DNA from: Octopus sinensis | Taxonomy: Eukaryota | Length of the DNA: 64,000 bases | NCBI RefSeq assembly: GCF_006345805.1 | Contig: NC_042999.1 | Location: 90,582,001-90,646,000 of the forward strand | Direction of reading: 5' to 3' | In this document: positions 24,410-36,759 of the stretch, in pieces | How the letters are laid out: the number at the start of each line of letters is the position of its first letter | Numbering within the stretch: the first letter of the stretch is position 1 | The notes under the pieces: model-generated | The model's input: only the letters and a program-made list of their open reading frames with translations | The model's database searches: none | What the model was told of the DNA's origin: nothing | Translations under genes and position numbers: made by a program

Positions 24410-26940
24410 TGTTAGTTAGTTAGTTAGTTAGTTAGTTAATTTGGCTCAAAAGCAAATAGCAAGGCCATGTAGGGGGACATGGAGTTAAGTACAGGGTGGT
24501 GTTCATGTAAAGAGTTCAGGCCACTTGAGGTCCAGGGAGGCTTTGAACAAAGCGGTCGTCGGCATCTTCACCATCTCGTCTGGCAGCTTGTTCCACGGAT
24601 CCGCAACCCGGACGGAGAAAGCTCCTCTCCTTCGATTGAGATGAAATCGTCGCAGGTAGAGCTTTTCGGAATGACCCCGCAGCCGACGCTCGGAGGAGCA
24701 GGAGTGAAGAACAGCTCTTTCGAGAGGTTACACTTCCCGCTTATGATGTTGTGGGCGAGAATGAGATCACCACGGCGGCGGCGTTTTTCAAGAGAACAAA
24801 GGTCGAGCGTCCTCAGCCTTTCTTCGTAGGACAAATTTTTGAGACCATGAACCATGCGGGTAGCCAGCCTCTGGACTCTTTCGAGGTGCTGTATGTCTTG
24901 AGGAGATAAGGAGAAGAGGCTTGAATCCCATACTCCAATATGGGTCTCACCAGCGTGACATAGAGTGGCAGGAATATGGCTGCTGTGAGCATTCCGAATG
25001 ACCGTCGAATCAAAAACAGAATTCCGCGCGCTTTGTTGGCAGCATGGACGCACTGGGCCGAAGGCGAAAAGGAGGAATCCACCAAGATACCCAGGTCCTT
25101 TACCTGATCGGTCCTCTCCAGCAGCAGACGACCCGGCTCGAAATCAAGTTGAGTTGCAGGAGTAGAGCCGACAGGCAGATGACAGCACTTTGACACGTTC
25201 AGACACAGGTCCCAATCGTTAGACCACTTCCAAATTTGGTGGAGGCATCGACGAAGATCCTCTATACTACCGCGAGGAGCGACCAGGTTGATATCGTCGG
25301 CAAATAGAAGGGTGTGTTGCGTGAGGTCGTCGGGCAAGTCATTTATGAAGACTAAGAACAACAAGGGCCCAAGCACTGAACCTTGAGGCACGCCACTGCT
25401 CGCACTGGAGACGTCGGACCGCGAACCATTAACTTGAACTTGGAAGGAGCGATCTGAGAGGAAGGCACCAACCCATCGTACAATATCCGGATGGAAACTA
25501 TATGCTTGAAGCTTGACAAGTAGTAGGCGGTGGTTTACCGAGTCAAAAGCTTTGGCAAAGTCCAATAAAACGATGTCAACAGCATCACTATCATCGAGGA
25601 TGCGCGTCACCAATTCTTCCATTACTAGTAAGTTGGTCAAGCATGATCTCTTCGGCACGAAGCCGTGTTGGGAATCAGTGATCGAGGCTGTGTTTAGGAG
25701 GTGGAGCATCATACTTTTCTTAAGGATGGTTTCGAACATCTTGCTGATTATTGATGTAAGGGAAACCGGTCGGTAGTTAAGCGGGTCTTCGCGGCTCCCT
25801 TTCTTGAAAATTGGGCAGATTATCGCTGTTCTCCAGTCTGCAGGTATAACACCCGTCGCCAATGACATATTGAATAGTCGTGTTAAGGGCTCGCAGATGA
25901 CCGGAGCCAACGCTTTGATAACCCGTGGGTGTATGCCGTCAGGGCCGTGACCCTTGTTGACATCGAGGCCTTGAATAACACGTTTGACTTGGTCCCGCGT
26001 GATGATCAATCGAAGCATTGGAGGAGGTACCGATCTATCAAATGGAGGGGGTTCACGACCATCATCTTGTTTGAAAATAGTTGAAAAAGCCTCGGCAAAT
26101 AATTGACTCTGTTGATAAGGGTCCTCAATCGATACGCCTGTTGAGTCTACCAACGTTGCAATCTGGTTGTTCAAGCGGGAATTCCGCTGGACATGGGCAA
26201 AGAAGGTTTTTGGATTGCTACTGGCATTTGCCGCGATTTTGTATTCATAACTGAAGCGTTCTTTCTTTTCAATTTTCACGGGCTCGGTCTCGTTGAGTTT
26301 TGTACACCTCAAAAGCTGCAGTCGAATCCAGATTTTTAAATTCAGCCCAAGCAATATCTCTGAGTCGACGTTCTCGTTTAACCTTCTTCGTCACCCAGGG
26401 CTTGTGTTTCTTCCTCTTGGGAAGTCCAACGGGAACTGCCTGGTCAGTCAAACAGATTACATATGCTTTGAGGGATGACCATAGTTCGTCAACTGAGGAC
26501 AACGTCATCAGGGAACGCCAGTCCAGAAGCGCGGAAGCCTCGGTTAGGATTTCAAGATTAATTGCAGAGAAGACTCTACGTGGCAGCGAAGTAATCGTGG
26601 GCGTGGAAAAAGTTGTGTGCATGACGAACTTCAGGACCGCACGATCACTCTTGGCAAGAGGGGCGCACACAGATACGTCTGACACTGATCTTGGATAGCG
26701 GGAGAATACCAGATCTAGCATAGATGGCTGCTGCCCAGACCGATGTCTTGTCGGATATTCAACATGTTGCGATAGAAAACAATCTTCAGCCACGTCAAGA
26801 AGGGCCTGGCCGAACCGGGAAGATGTTGTACAAATTGATGCGGGCCAATCGATCGTGGGAGCGTTGAAGTCGCCAAGTACCAAGCAGTCATGCGAAGCTG
26901 AAACGAATCTTATCGCTATAAGATTCAATGTTATAATTGA
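24410..26940 (-). mobile_element. GC-rich, 5'-truncated CR1-group LINE with (TAAC)n tail
   Basis: APE C-terminus CLVLGDFNAPTIDW...HVEYPTR...LDLVFS (26269..26952), RT ORF 24813..26354, C-terminal frame LERVQRLATRMVHGLKNLSYEERLRTLDL...RRRGDLI, (TTAG)n at 24411-24440. Confidence 0.95.
24813..26354 (-). CDS. Reverse transcriptase ORF (513 aa) of a CR1-group LINE; bounded by frameshifts
   Basis: GPDGIHP, NYRPVSLTS, QHGFVPKRSC, LDFAKAFDSVNH, GVPQGSVLGPLLF, FADD, KDLG, VRPILEY. Confidence 0.92.
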   Translation of the reverse strand: MLGLNLKIWIRLQLLRCTKLNETEPVKIEKKERFSYEYKIAANASSNPKTFFAHVQRNSRLNNQIATLVDSTGVSIEDPYQQSQLFAEAFSTIFKQDDGREPPPFDRSVPPPMLRLIITRDQVKRVIQGLDVNKGHGPDGIHPRVIKALAPVICEPLTRLFNMSLATGVIPADWRTAIICPIFKKGSREDPLNYRPVSLTSIISKMFETILKKSMMLHLLNTASITDSQHGFVPKRSCLTNLLVMEELVTRILDDSDAVDIVLLDFAKAFDSVNHRLLLVKLQAYSFHPDIVRWVGAFLSDRSFQVQVNGSRSDVSSASSGVPQGSVLGPLLFLVFINDLPDDLTQHTLLFADDINLVAPRGSIEDLRRCLHQIWKWSNDWDLCLNVSKCCHLPVGSTPATQLDFEPGRLLLERTDQVKDLGILVDSSFSPSAQCVHAANKARGILFLIRRSFGMLTAAIFLPLYVTLVRPILEYGIQASSPYLLKTYSTSKESRGWLPAWFMVSKICPTKKG

Positions 26941-27049
26941 ATTAATTCCCATCCACTTCGGGACAGTCTAGTCACTTATGTGCTATTCTTGACCGGTTAC
27001 ACACGTGTCTAGGCTTGCTATGGAATTCAATATGGATATATTTGGGATA

Positions 27050-27410
27050 ATTATATGCATTTATGACATTATGTCTGCTTTTCTGTGGGTATGTATAAGT
27101 ATTTCATATATCTCTCCAGTATTCTCTGCTGACGAAGAGAAAACCTTTGGGTTAATCCAGAAATTGGCCGTTCCAGAGATGACTCAATTTCATGAATTTC
27201 CGTTAGCTTGCTCCTTCGAGTTTTGACACGTGTGTAATAATAATAGTGATGGTATTTAATGTGGTTCGACGATTTAGCGTCTCCTTTCAGCATATATATT
27301 ATATTTTTTCTATGCTCTTAATTATAATTGTATTTCTTATTTCATCTTAATAGGTCTATCTTTTTATGTACTGGCCACTGATAAAATTTTTAACAATTTT
27401 ATCCTTTTAT
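27050..27410 (+). mobile_element. PLE-type terminal repeat (family C)
   Basis: Contains a hammerhead motif; its 3' part is repeated at 24178-24408. Confidence 0.65.
27124..27178 (+). ncRNA. Type-I hammerhead motif
   Basis: CUCUG-CUGACGA-A...AACC UUUG GGUU...-GAAA-UUGGCCG-UUC-CAGAG. Stem I is 5 bp and stem III is near-palindromic, but the base of stem II is imperfect. Confidence 0.7.
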
Positions 27411-27457
27411 ATTATATTATATTTTATTATATTATATTATATTATATTATATTTTAT

Positions 27458-27521
<64 letters not shown>

Positions 27522-27528
<7 letters not shown>

Positions 27529-27683
27529 GAGTTTACAAAAACAATAAACAAGAAACGAAGACGGGTGTAGGAACAACAGACAGATGTATTAGTTTAACGC
27601 TTGGGAAGTGAGAAAGCCTGTTACGTTTTGAGCCTACGCTCTTCGACAGAAAGGAACACAGAAATAAGCAGGGAGAGAAAATA

Positions 27684-27690
<7 letters not shown>
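27522..27690 (-). mobile_element. PLE-type terminal repeat (family D) embedded in (TA)n; its 3' end recurs inverted at 27829-27870
   Basis: Hammerhead-like motif at 27617-27654. The GTCTTCGT...TTGTTTT.TGTAAA..T...ACTATA end is present in both orientations. Confidence 0.65.
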
Positions 27691-27738
<48 letters not shown>

Positions 27739-27756
27739 TATATATATGTATATATG

Positions 27757-27813
<57 letters not shown>

Positions 27814-27879
27814 TATATATACATACATACCTGTCTTCGTCTTTTGTTTTTCTGTAAATTTCAACTATACATCTATAAG

Positions 27880-28410
27880 TTTTATAGAATATTTAATAGA
27901 AGAACGCTTAAGATCAGCTATTCTTGTTGTAAAATCTTCGCCCCTTTCATTAACCAACACAACAATAAGATAATTGGGGATTCTTTTCCTAAGAATTGCA
28001 ATTGTAAAGATGGGACCTCCAGTCCGTTGGAAGGAAAATGTCTGGAGAAAGGAATTGTGTATAGAGCCTAAGGGCAAATAGAAAGCTCACATGAATATAG
28101 AACTTATACAGAGGCTTCTGAAAATTCTTTCGGACCCGATATTATTCTCATAGAAATTCCTTCTGATACCCTGAAAATAGCCAGCCAGGCAAAATATGTC
28201 TGGGAATTAAAAGAAAATGAAACCCGGCCTTTCAACGTGACATGGAGAATTTTAGACAATGCATCACCTTACAGGCACGGTCGCATAAAAAGCCATCAAA
28301 TGTAATTTATGTCTTTTGGAAAAGTTCTATATTTTATTCCAGGACAATAGCGTTTTGAAGCAAAGACGCGAACTCTTGAATTCCTGCAGACACGCAGCAA
28401 AATTAAAAAT
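27880..28410 (+). mobile_element. PLE 3' fragment (GIY-YIG region)
   Basis: [12 protein letters not shown]...HNNKII...CNCKD...PLEGKCLEKGIVYRA...YVWELKEN...WRILD...CNLCLLEK...RRELLNSCRH in shifted frames. Confidence 0.88.
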
Positions 28411-28970
28411 GTCAGCTGACAAAATTCCACATGGATCGTATATATTTTTTGAATCTTGAACTAGTTTTCAATCCCACTGTATTTTGTAATGCATGGTTAA
28501 AGATATTGTATATATTTCGACGTATTTCTTAAGAAAACCTTCGGCTGTTATATGTATATATTATTTTCATGTTTAAGAATTCATTTTTATTTCATTTTAT
28601 TGTAATTTACAAACCCATTTAATTGTTATAATTATAGATAATTCGATATATGGTTTTCCGTTTTGCATATCTTTTATCCGAGTTTTATTATTATGCACTC
28701 AGTAATTTAAAAAAAAAGTTGTTTGTATATATACGTTAGGACCTAAATATGTTTTTATGTGGATGTCTGTATTGTAGGCATGCATATGTATTTGTATGTG
28801 TGCGTTTGTGTATATGTGTAAGTAAGCGGGCATGTTTATACTTCTACACATACGTACATGGATGTATATGTATGCATGTATACACTTGTGGATATAAATT
28901 TACGTGCATATTTAATATATTTATATAGGTGATCTCATTTGTGTACTTATATGCTAATATATACTTACGT

Positions 28971-29065
<95 letters not shown>

Positions 29066-29879
29066 GTATGTATGTATATATATATATATATGTAATTTTA
29101 TTTTATGTGTACTTTTGTTACACATATTCCGTCACCTATCCCCCTTTCTTTCGCTAGCTGTTACGTTTATGGTTCTTCTTACTTTTTTCTTTCCCCCTCC
29201 CTAAGTTTAAGATATACTTCTTATCTCTCTTGTCTGTTATAACTGACTTCTATATGTATACACAAAGAGATTTTTGTACGCGGGTATGGTTGCATGCATA
29301 TATGTATACGTGTATATGTGTATTGGTGCGTATATCTATGTCTTACATATATATGCCTGTATATATATATGTAACTATGTGTATGCATCTGTGTATTTTG
29401 ATGTATATATATATATTATAGATGGTCTAGTATGGGTATATACTGTTGTAAAATATATAATGCAATGCATCATGGAAATTTTAATGTATTAATTGACTTA
29501 TATTTCGTATATAATTATTTACAATATGTATTTTGAATCTACTCTTCGATTTAAAGTTTTCTTCAATTTTTCAATAGGATGAATTTATATTGAATTCATT
29601 TATTTTGTCCATTGCATGCTTAAGACCGTTAATTGAAAGGACCAATGAAACAAATCCATTTTTAAAGGTGTATCCTTTAACTAGTTTTGATTATATCGTT
29701 ATTTCTGTTCCATTTTAACAAAACTGTCCGACGTACGGGAACATAAAACTCTGAGTAACAACTTTTGTTATATTTCTGCTGCTTTTAAATAAAGAATATT
29801 ACTCTACCTCTGGTATTTGAGTACTCTTTTTTCCACCTTGTTTCACATTTATTTATGTGCTTACTCCAGTATATATATA

Positions 29880-29914
<35 letters not shown>

Positions 29915-29929
29915 CAACTATAAGAGAGA

Positions 29930-30330
29930 ATCCACTATGTGGACGCTCTTATGCTAGATATAGATCCGCAAAGAGAATCCACCACTAAGAATTGTTCTCA
30001 AGAAATAATTCAACACACCAAGAACGCAAGCGAGCAGGACAAATGAAAAGTAACGAAAATATAGATTAACCCTATACAATTGTTTCATCGTTAATAAATT
30101 ATGTAATTTTACCTACATAAATATCTTCGAATCTTCAGTAGAGTACGTCAAAAATATAATTTGTCGAACTGCACGGCAAATATCAACACGAGGTTAGAGA
30201 GAGACGCACAGTTCGGCCGATTATATTCACAGTTACATTCAAATGCACTCGTTCTGGCGCGCTAAATTCCCGGATATAAATACTGCATAGGTAATTTACT
30301 GCAGTAGTTTAGGCCGGTTTGAGAACATAT
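29930..30330 (-). mobile_element. Probable PLE-type terminal repeat or short hammerhead-bearing repeat (family E)
   Basis: Segment between (TA)n tracts that carries a hammerhead motif; no second copy in the window. Confidence 0.5.
30070..30143 (-). ncRNA. Type-I hammerhead motif with extended stem II
   Basis: CUCUA-CUGAAGA-U-UCG...(UUAUGUA/UACAUAA hairpin)...CGA-U-GAAA-C AAUU G-UA-UAGGG. Palindromic ACAAUUGU stem III, GUA cleavage triplet, 5-bp stem I. Confidence 0.75.
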
Positions 30331-33300
30331 TAATTTATAATTAATTTATATTATTTTGATTTATATATATATATATACACATACATGTACTAAATACTAT
30401 ATGTATGTGTGCAATAAATACTAAATACAATATATCTATCTATCTATCTCTCTATATATGTATACATATATAAATGTAACTAGAGGCTGACATCAAAAGT
30501 TGACTATGCTATAAGTACATCATTTCTGACTGTATAATCCTTGTAAAGTCAGAATATATTACTCAGCCACGGTCGTATCTGTAGCTGCACGTATTGAGCT
30601 ATACCTGATACTTCGACGTGAAGACGAATAAAAAGTTTTTTTATCAACATCTACCAAACATAATATATGACAACGGCCTGGCTACAATCTGAGTCATACC
30701 TTTTCTGAATGACAAGATGATGAATGATCATGGACAGACGCTAAAATGTCTATTCTGGTAGGCATCTTGAATCCTTCTAGTCTCATAATGAACTCGAGAA
30801 ACTAACAAAGTGCAAGGACATCAAAATATAAATAAAATGGATGTCGGTTACGAGGGTAAATTTAAGTGTGGGATAATGAATGTAGAAGAAAGATAGTTTC
30901 AGTAATTAATTTAGAGTACGACATAAGGTAACAAAGAATATAGAAAAAGTAATCCTACTAAAACTGGGCTTTACGCAATCTGTGTAGAGCTGAAATGAAA
31001 AAAAAAAAAGCAATGGCAGGTTTACTACGCAAGTCACTTTCAATTCAACGGCAAAAGTCGTACAGTGCACATTTTAAAGAAACACAGAAGTGCACCTAAT
31101 GGTAATGGTGTAAATGAAGCTTTTGTAAAACTATTGAAAACCGGATGTTTTTGCTGTTACCACCACCGCCACCACCACCACCACCACCACCAGAACTGAA
31201 CATCAGAGAGAACTCAACAGAAAACTCTCTCTGGAGTTGAAAAAAAGCTTATTGGATTTGAAATGAGAAACTACTAACAAATACTCCAACAGGAGTACAA
31301 CTTTGCTTAAAACACTCAATAAAAGTTAACCTGGATGAAACAACTTTAAAATCACCGCACAATAACTTCTAACAGAAAATATAGCAGACATTATTTCTAT
31401 GAATAATGAGCTCAAAGAAGATGTGTTCAAAGAAAATGTGAGGGTGTATGGCTAAATACTACTGGATCCAGAGGAAGTTACAATTCCAAAAGTCATAGCG
31501 AAATGTCATAAGCTGTCACAAGGACCATCTCAATAGCAGACATTGTAAGAATAATAAGGAATGTGTTACTTATGTACGAACACCAAGATCGGCGAAATCA
31601 TTCAGCATTTTATTTTCAAAATGCAGTTGTCTGGTTACACAGAGAAAGACATGCTCAAGTGTGTATATATATAAAAAAAAAACAAGTTGATAATATTCTA
31701 GAAAATATCAGACTTTTGATGAGATGGAGCATAACTCCTATATTAGTCATGGAAAAACTGCAACCTGCGTGACTTTCTGAATGGCATGCCTAACTAAATG
31801 TTACCTTGAATGTTTTTAAATAGCGCAACCTGCTTGATGATGTCTCGTGCGGCCCACTTCTCGAAGAATGTTCCCCATTCCTGTTCTACACTGTAAGAAG
31901 TTTCGGAAGAGCTTTGGAAGATTTAGGGATAATAATAAGATAATCAAGTCAGGTACATGGTACGGTAATAATAGGTCTTATCATATTTAAAGATCTAGAG
32001 AATTAACTAGATCTTCCAAAGTTAAAAAAAAAGTTAAATGAAAGTTAAAAAAATCAAAACAAAACAGGTAAGTCTATTAAATCGATTCTCCTTTTGACAA
32101 GGACATATACGAAGGTGATTGTGAAATATGTACCACAAACTTAAAAATGCTGAATCTGTGCTAACCCCTCTGAAGCTTGTGTACGAGAGACAGTTCTTGG
32201 ATTTTAACAAAGTGTCCAGTTATTACTGGAATAGTCATACTGGTTAGAAAACTACTTGTACATTTTTGCTGACACTGGATAAGTGTAGATATTAGATCTA
32301 CTCAACTCTATATGATGCTTAGACAAGTAACTAACCGAATCAGTTTGCGTACAAGAAAGCAAAACGAGTGTCAGCCGTAAATCTGGAATAACAACAATGT
32401 ACCACCCACTAGAAATGCATATTTCCTCTCATCCACTGAAATTAGTTTTATACACACAATTTTCGTATGAATGTGTTCATATCCATGTGAGTGTATGTGT
32501 GTGTGCTGTTGGTAGCATTGTTCTTACGTTGCTGTTGTTTAGCCCTAAGTAAATTCTTATCGAGAAAATCTACGATCATAATGAAACCATAACAACATGG
32601 GGTCTTCCTTGCTTGAAGTTTTGTTTTAGGGTGATATTATATAAAAACAAAAGCATTAACCTCTACTGTTTTAACCAGCCGTATCAGGCCCTAATATTCT
32701 ATCTCTTTTCTGTTCGAATCATCCATATGCGGTCTCTCACACTTACCCTTCAATGACATTCTCAGAATTAACGATCACATCATCAAACTCTTGAAGCTAC
32801 GATATAATGCATGGCTAATTCAAATTAATGAGAATAAATAAGCTCCACTTCCTAAACCATCAATTTAAGAAGTAATACGAGATCCAAAATGCAAGTCACT
32901 TCTGATGTTTATTACCGAAAACTAATCAAAACAAGCCGAGGTAGGGTGGAGGAGATATGAAATATTAGAATTCCTACCTAAATCACAAGAAGAATATATT
33001 TGAAAAAGATGCTATTTTAAAATAAAGAAAGAAAAAACTATATACAAACTGGTTTTAGGTGCCTGAAAATAGTTTATCTGTTGGTCAGTCATGCCTCACT
33101 GCTTGAACAGGAAGCACAACCTAATTCTGCTACGTTGGTTGAACTCTACATTTTTCTAATAAACTGGTTACAAAGTCCTACGATGTAAAAATGATTCACA
33201 TTTTCGGCAAGCAATGGTAAATACTTCTCCAGTGGAATGGATTTTTTTTAATGACAGATCTTGTGAAATCACTTTTCCGCATATTTTGGCCTAGATGGTA

Positions 33301-34019
33301 ACCTTTGGTTTTTTGATCAGATTTGAAGTAATAAGTTTTTCTTCGACAATAAGTTCCAGTAAAGAGGTTTCCTTGGTGATTGCTACATTGTTAGAGTTTA
33401 CATGAAATCCCTCTTTTAGCTGTCATTCTTTTGCCTTCAGATAATGATACGATCTCATGCTATATGTTGTGAGAAACAGGTATTTCAGATAGAAAACAGA
33501 TGTTTTTGATAGAACACCTTTGTTGCTGGTCGATAACTTTCAGTTTGAGCTGGTATTTTATTATATACGTCTTTGTTTGACAACGTTTATCATCCTAATA
33601 ATATATCGGGCACGCCCAGCTAACAAAACTCTTGCTTATTACTCATTCATCATCAATACTTTCATATTTCTGTTCGAAATAACTTCCGCAAGCCATTTCT
33701 CAATAAATACCACACATTAAGCACATTTTCTAAGTTCTTTCCATGCTCTGTGTTTAACGACACATCCTTTCCACGTATAAAAAAAGCTGTACGGAAAAGA
33801 GGAGCTGTAGACTACTTCTTTTGTCCAGTTCTGCCAAATATTTTCGTGTTATTACAGAAATGTTATTTAGCACATCTTGATATGCTTAGAGTTCGCGCTA
33901 CTTACGTATTGTTCTTCGTCATAGGATATGAGATTATTCTTACTGGGCAGTTTGTTCATACTCGGGTGAGCCATCTTTGTGCCAGGTGTTAACATTTTAG
34001 ATGGAGGCAATACTGTTAT

Positions 34020-34460
34020 ATTGGTTTCAATTTTCGCACGAGGCCAGCAGTTTAGAGGACGGAGTTAAGTTTATTACATCGATCCCTGTACTGAACTGGT
34101 ACTTATTTTATTGACCTTGGAAGGGATGAAAGGTGAAGTCGACATCGGCGGAATTTGAACTCAGAACGCAGAGACTGACGAAACGCCGCTAAGCGTTTTG
34201 TCTAGCGCGCTAACGATTCTGCTATCTGACCGCCTAAGTTAATACTATAATACTGATTTCAAATTTTGGCTCACGGTTTCAGGGCAGGGTTAACTCGATT
34301 GCATCGATCCCAGTACGCAACTGGTACTTAATTTATCGACCCCGAAAAGGATGAAAGACGAAGTCGACTTCGGTAGAATTTGAACTCAGAACGTAGAGCC
34401 GGACGAAATGCTGATAAGCATTTTACCTAGCGTGCTAACGATTCTGCCAGCTCGGCCGCC
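34020..34460 (-). mobile_element. Two adjacent SINE family 2 copies
   Basis: Two complete TTTGAACTCAGAACG...CTAACGATTCTGC modules (about 34020-34235 and 34255-34455). Confidence 0.88.
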
Positions 34461-36606
34461 CGCTCGCGGCAATATTAGTTCTCTAATTTCCCTAATGATC
34501 AAGCAACATTTACTTGATTAGCAGTTTAAGCTCTCAAGCTAGGATATATATATATCATTAGTAGATTTGCATTTCCTGGTTTATCTAATTTTAACCGTTG
34601 TACCAAATTCTCAAGGCATGTTAATTCCATAGTGGTTATATATTGCCCTTATGAAGATCTTCATTAGGATATCTTTCACCGTGAATTTTAACTGTTTCAG
34701 TTTTATCATCAACGCCAGTAAGCGAACAATATCATTCACAATATTCTTTTCTACAGTCTAAACAATAATCTCTCCAAAAACGGATTGTTTTTACACTGAT
34801 GCTTTTTCTTCGTTACTTCTTGTTCGACGGAAATTTTTTCTCGCCATTGTGAATTAACCTAAACATTTTAATGAGTTTACCTTACGAATATTTGGGATAT
34901 TTTATAACCGATTTGTAGTTTCCCAGATATATAAAGGGAACTTGTGAATCATTCAGTTCAAGAATGCTCAATCTTCGTAGTTTCGTAGACTGACACTTGC
35001 AAATAAGATTTAGTAGTCAAGCTTGTCAAATAGCGATCCAGTAGAAACCAAGACATGTGTATTTACTTATGTATCTCAGTCACTTGTTCAAATATATTAT
35101 AAGTATTAATAAGATTCCACACACACACACAACAACAACAACAACAACAACAAGTTATTAAGTTTGTACACAGTATGAATCCTGTCTGACGGAATAACGG
35201 AATTATACTCTTTACCTAAGATTATATCTTAACAGCTTTCTGTTTGTTCACCCTACCAAATATAGCCTATTGTTTGCGAGAAAATATTCAGTTGGTAGCA
35301 TTGTTGTTACTGCTGAAAGTAACGATAGTTTATTAGTGGTGGTCTTAATGTTGTTGAAAGTGTTGTTGTTGTTATTGTCATTAATACAAGTGTTTCTAGT
35401 GGAGTTGTTGGTATCGCAGCTTCTGGTCAGTTCTCATGAGCAAGCCTTTGCTCAAAAGCTTTCCAGCCGTGACTACCATGTTTTGTTTTCAGGAATATTA
35501 AAGCAAGAGATTCTCTATTTAATGCGTTCTTTCATTTCAAAGGTATAGGGTTTAAATGGAGGCCGATTAGGGTGCTGTTATTTCTAGCATCCCATAGAAC
35601 TATGCAGAGGCTCAGGTGTTACTGTTAATAGATTGTTTTCGTTCGTTTGATACTGTCAGTGTTGTTGCTATGTTTTTTTGTTTGTTTATACAACAACACT
35701 AATATTACTACAATAACAACAAAAGTCACCATCAGTGACAAGAACATACCACACCCACCACATTCCTTTTGCCATCCTACGAATGTGAGGAGAAGAGAGC
35801 GGGTGCGAGCGGGAAGAAAAATGCTGTAAGACTTATGGGATGGCAAGAAGAACGTTCAGGGTGTGGTATGTTCATGTCATTGATGATGACTTTTATTGTT
35901 ATTGTAGTGATGTTTAGCGGTGTTGTAGCAATACTGGTCTTAGTCGCGGTGGTGGCAATTTAATTAAAGAGGACGGTGTCGATGTTGGGGACTGATGCTG
36001 ACAATAGGAATGGCTGTACTTGTAATAACCCTTCCTTACGATGTTTGCAAGCAGTAGGAGGAATGCTGGTGGTAATAATTGTTCTGATATTAGTGATGGT
36101 GATGATAATGATGATGGTGGTGGTGGTGGTAATTGTGTGGGTGATGATGATAGTAACGGTAATATCAGTTGTGTAGTGGCAATAGTTGGGAGTAGCAGCA
36201 TCAGTAGTTCTAGCTGAGGAGGTGGCAGTAATAATGCGTAGTGGTAGTGGTGGTAGCAGTGGCAGTACCGTTTTCATTAATGTTCACTATTAAGGTTAAT
36301 AACTTGCTGTCGACAGCTAACATCCGTAGTCAAGTACCAAACTGACATTCAGTGATTCTTTGACATTTGCCGTCTTCAGCTACATCCCACCAAAGTGTGT
36401 GTGTGTGTGGGTGTGTGTGTGCGTGCGCTTGTGTGTGTGTGTGTGTGTGTATGGAAACTAACGCAGAATGATTGTAGCGTTAAGTTTATGAAAGAAATAC
36501 ATCCTTCCACGTTCCTATCCTAGTTCATATTGTTGTGTTGTGTAAGAATGAATTAAAATAAACGACAGAATTGGTAAAAAATATATAAAAATATGACAAA
36601 TAGTAC

Positions 36607-36723
<117 letters not shown>

Positions 36724-36759
36724 AGCTGGTCACACACGCACCATTTATAAACTTCAAGT

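Noticed and set aside
30480-31950. Possible ancient LINE remnant
   Set aside because: No diagnostic motif could be read with confidence.
33441-33479. 39-nt candidate exon between TTCAG and GTATTT
   Set aside because: Such splice-like signals are expected by chance; there is no supporting neighbouring exon.
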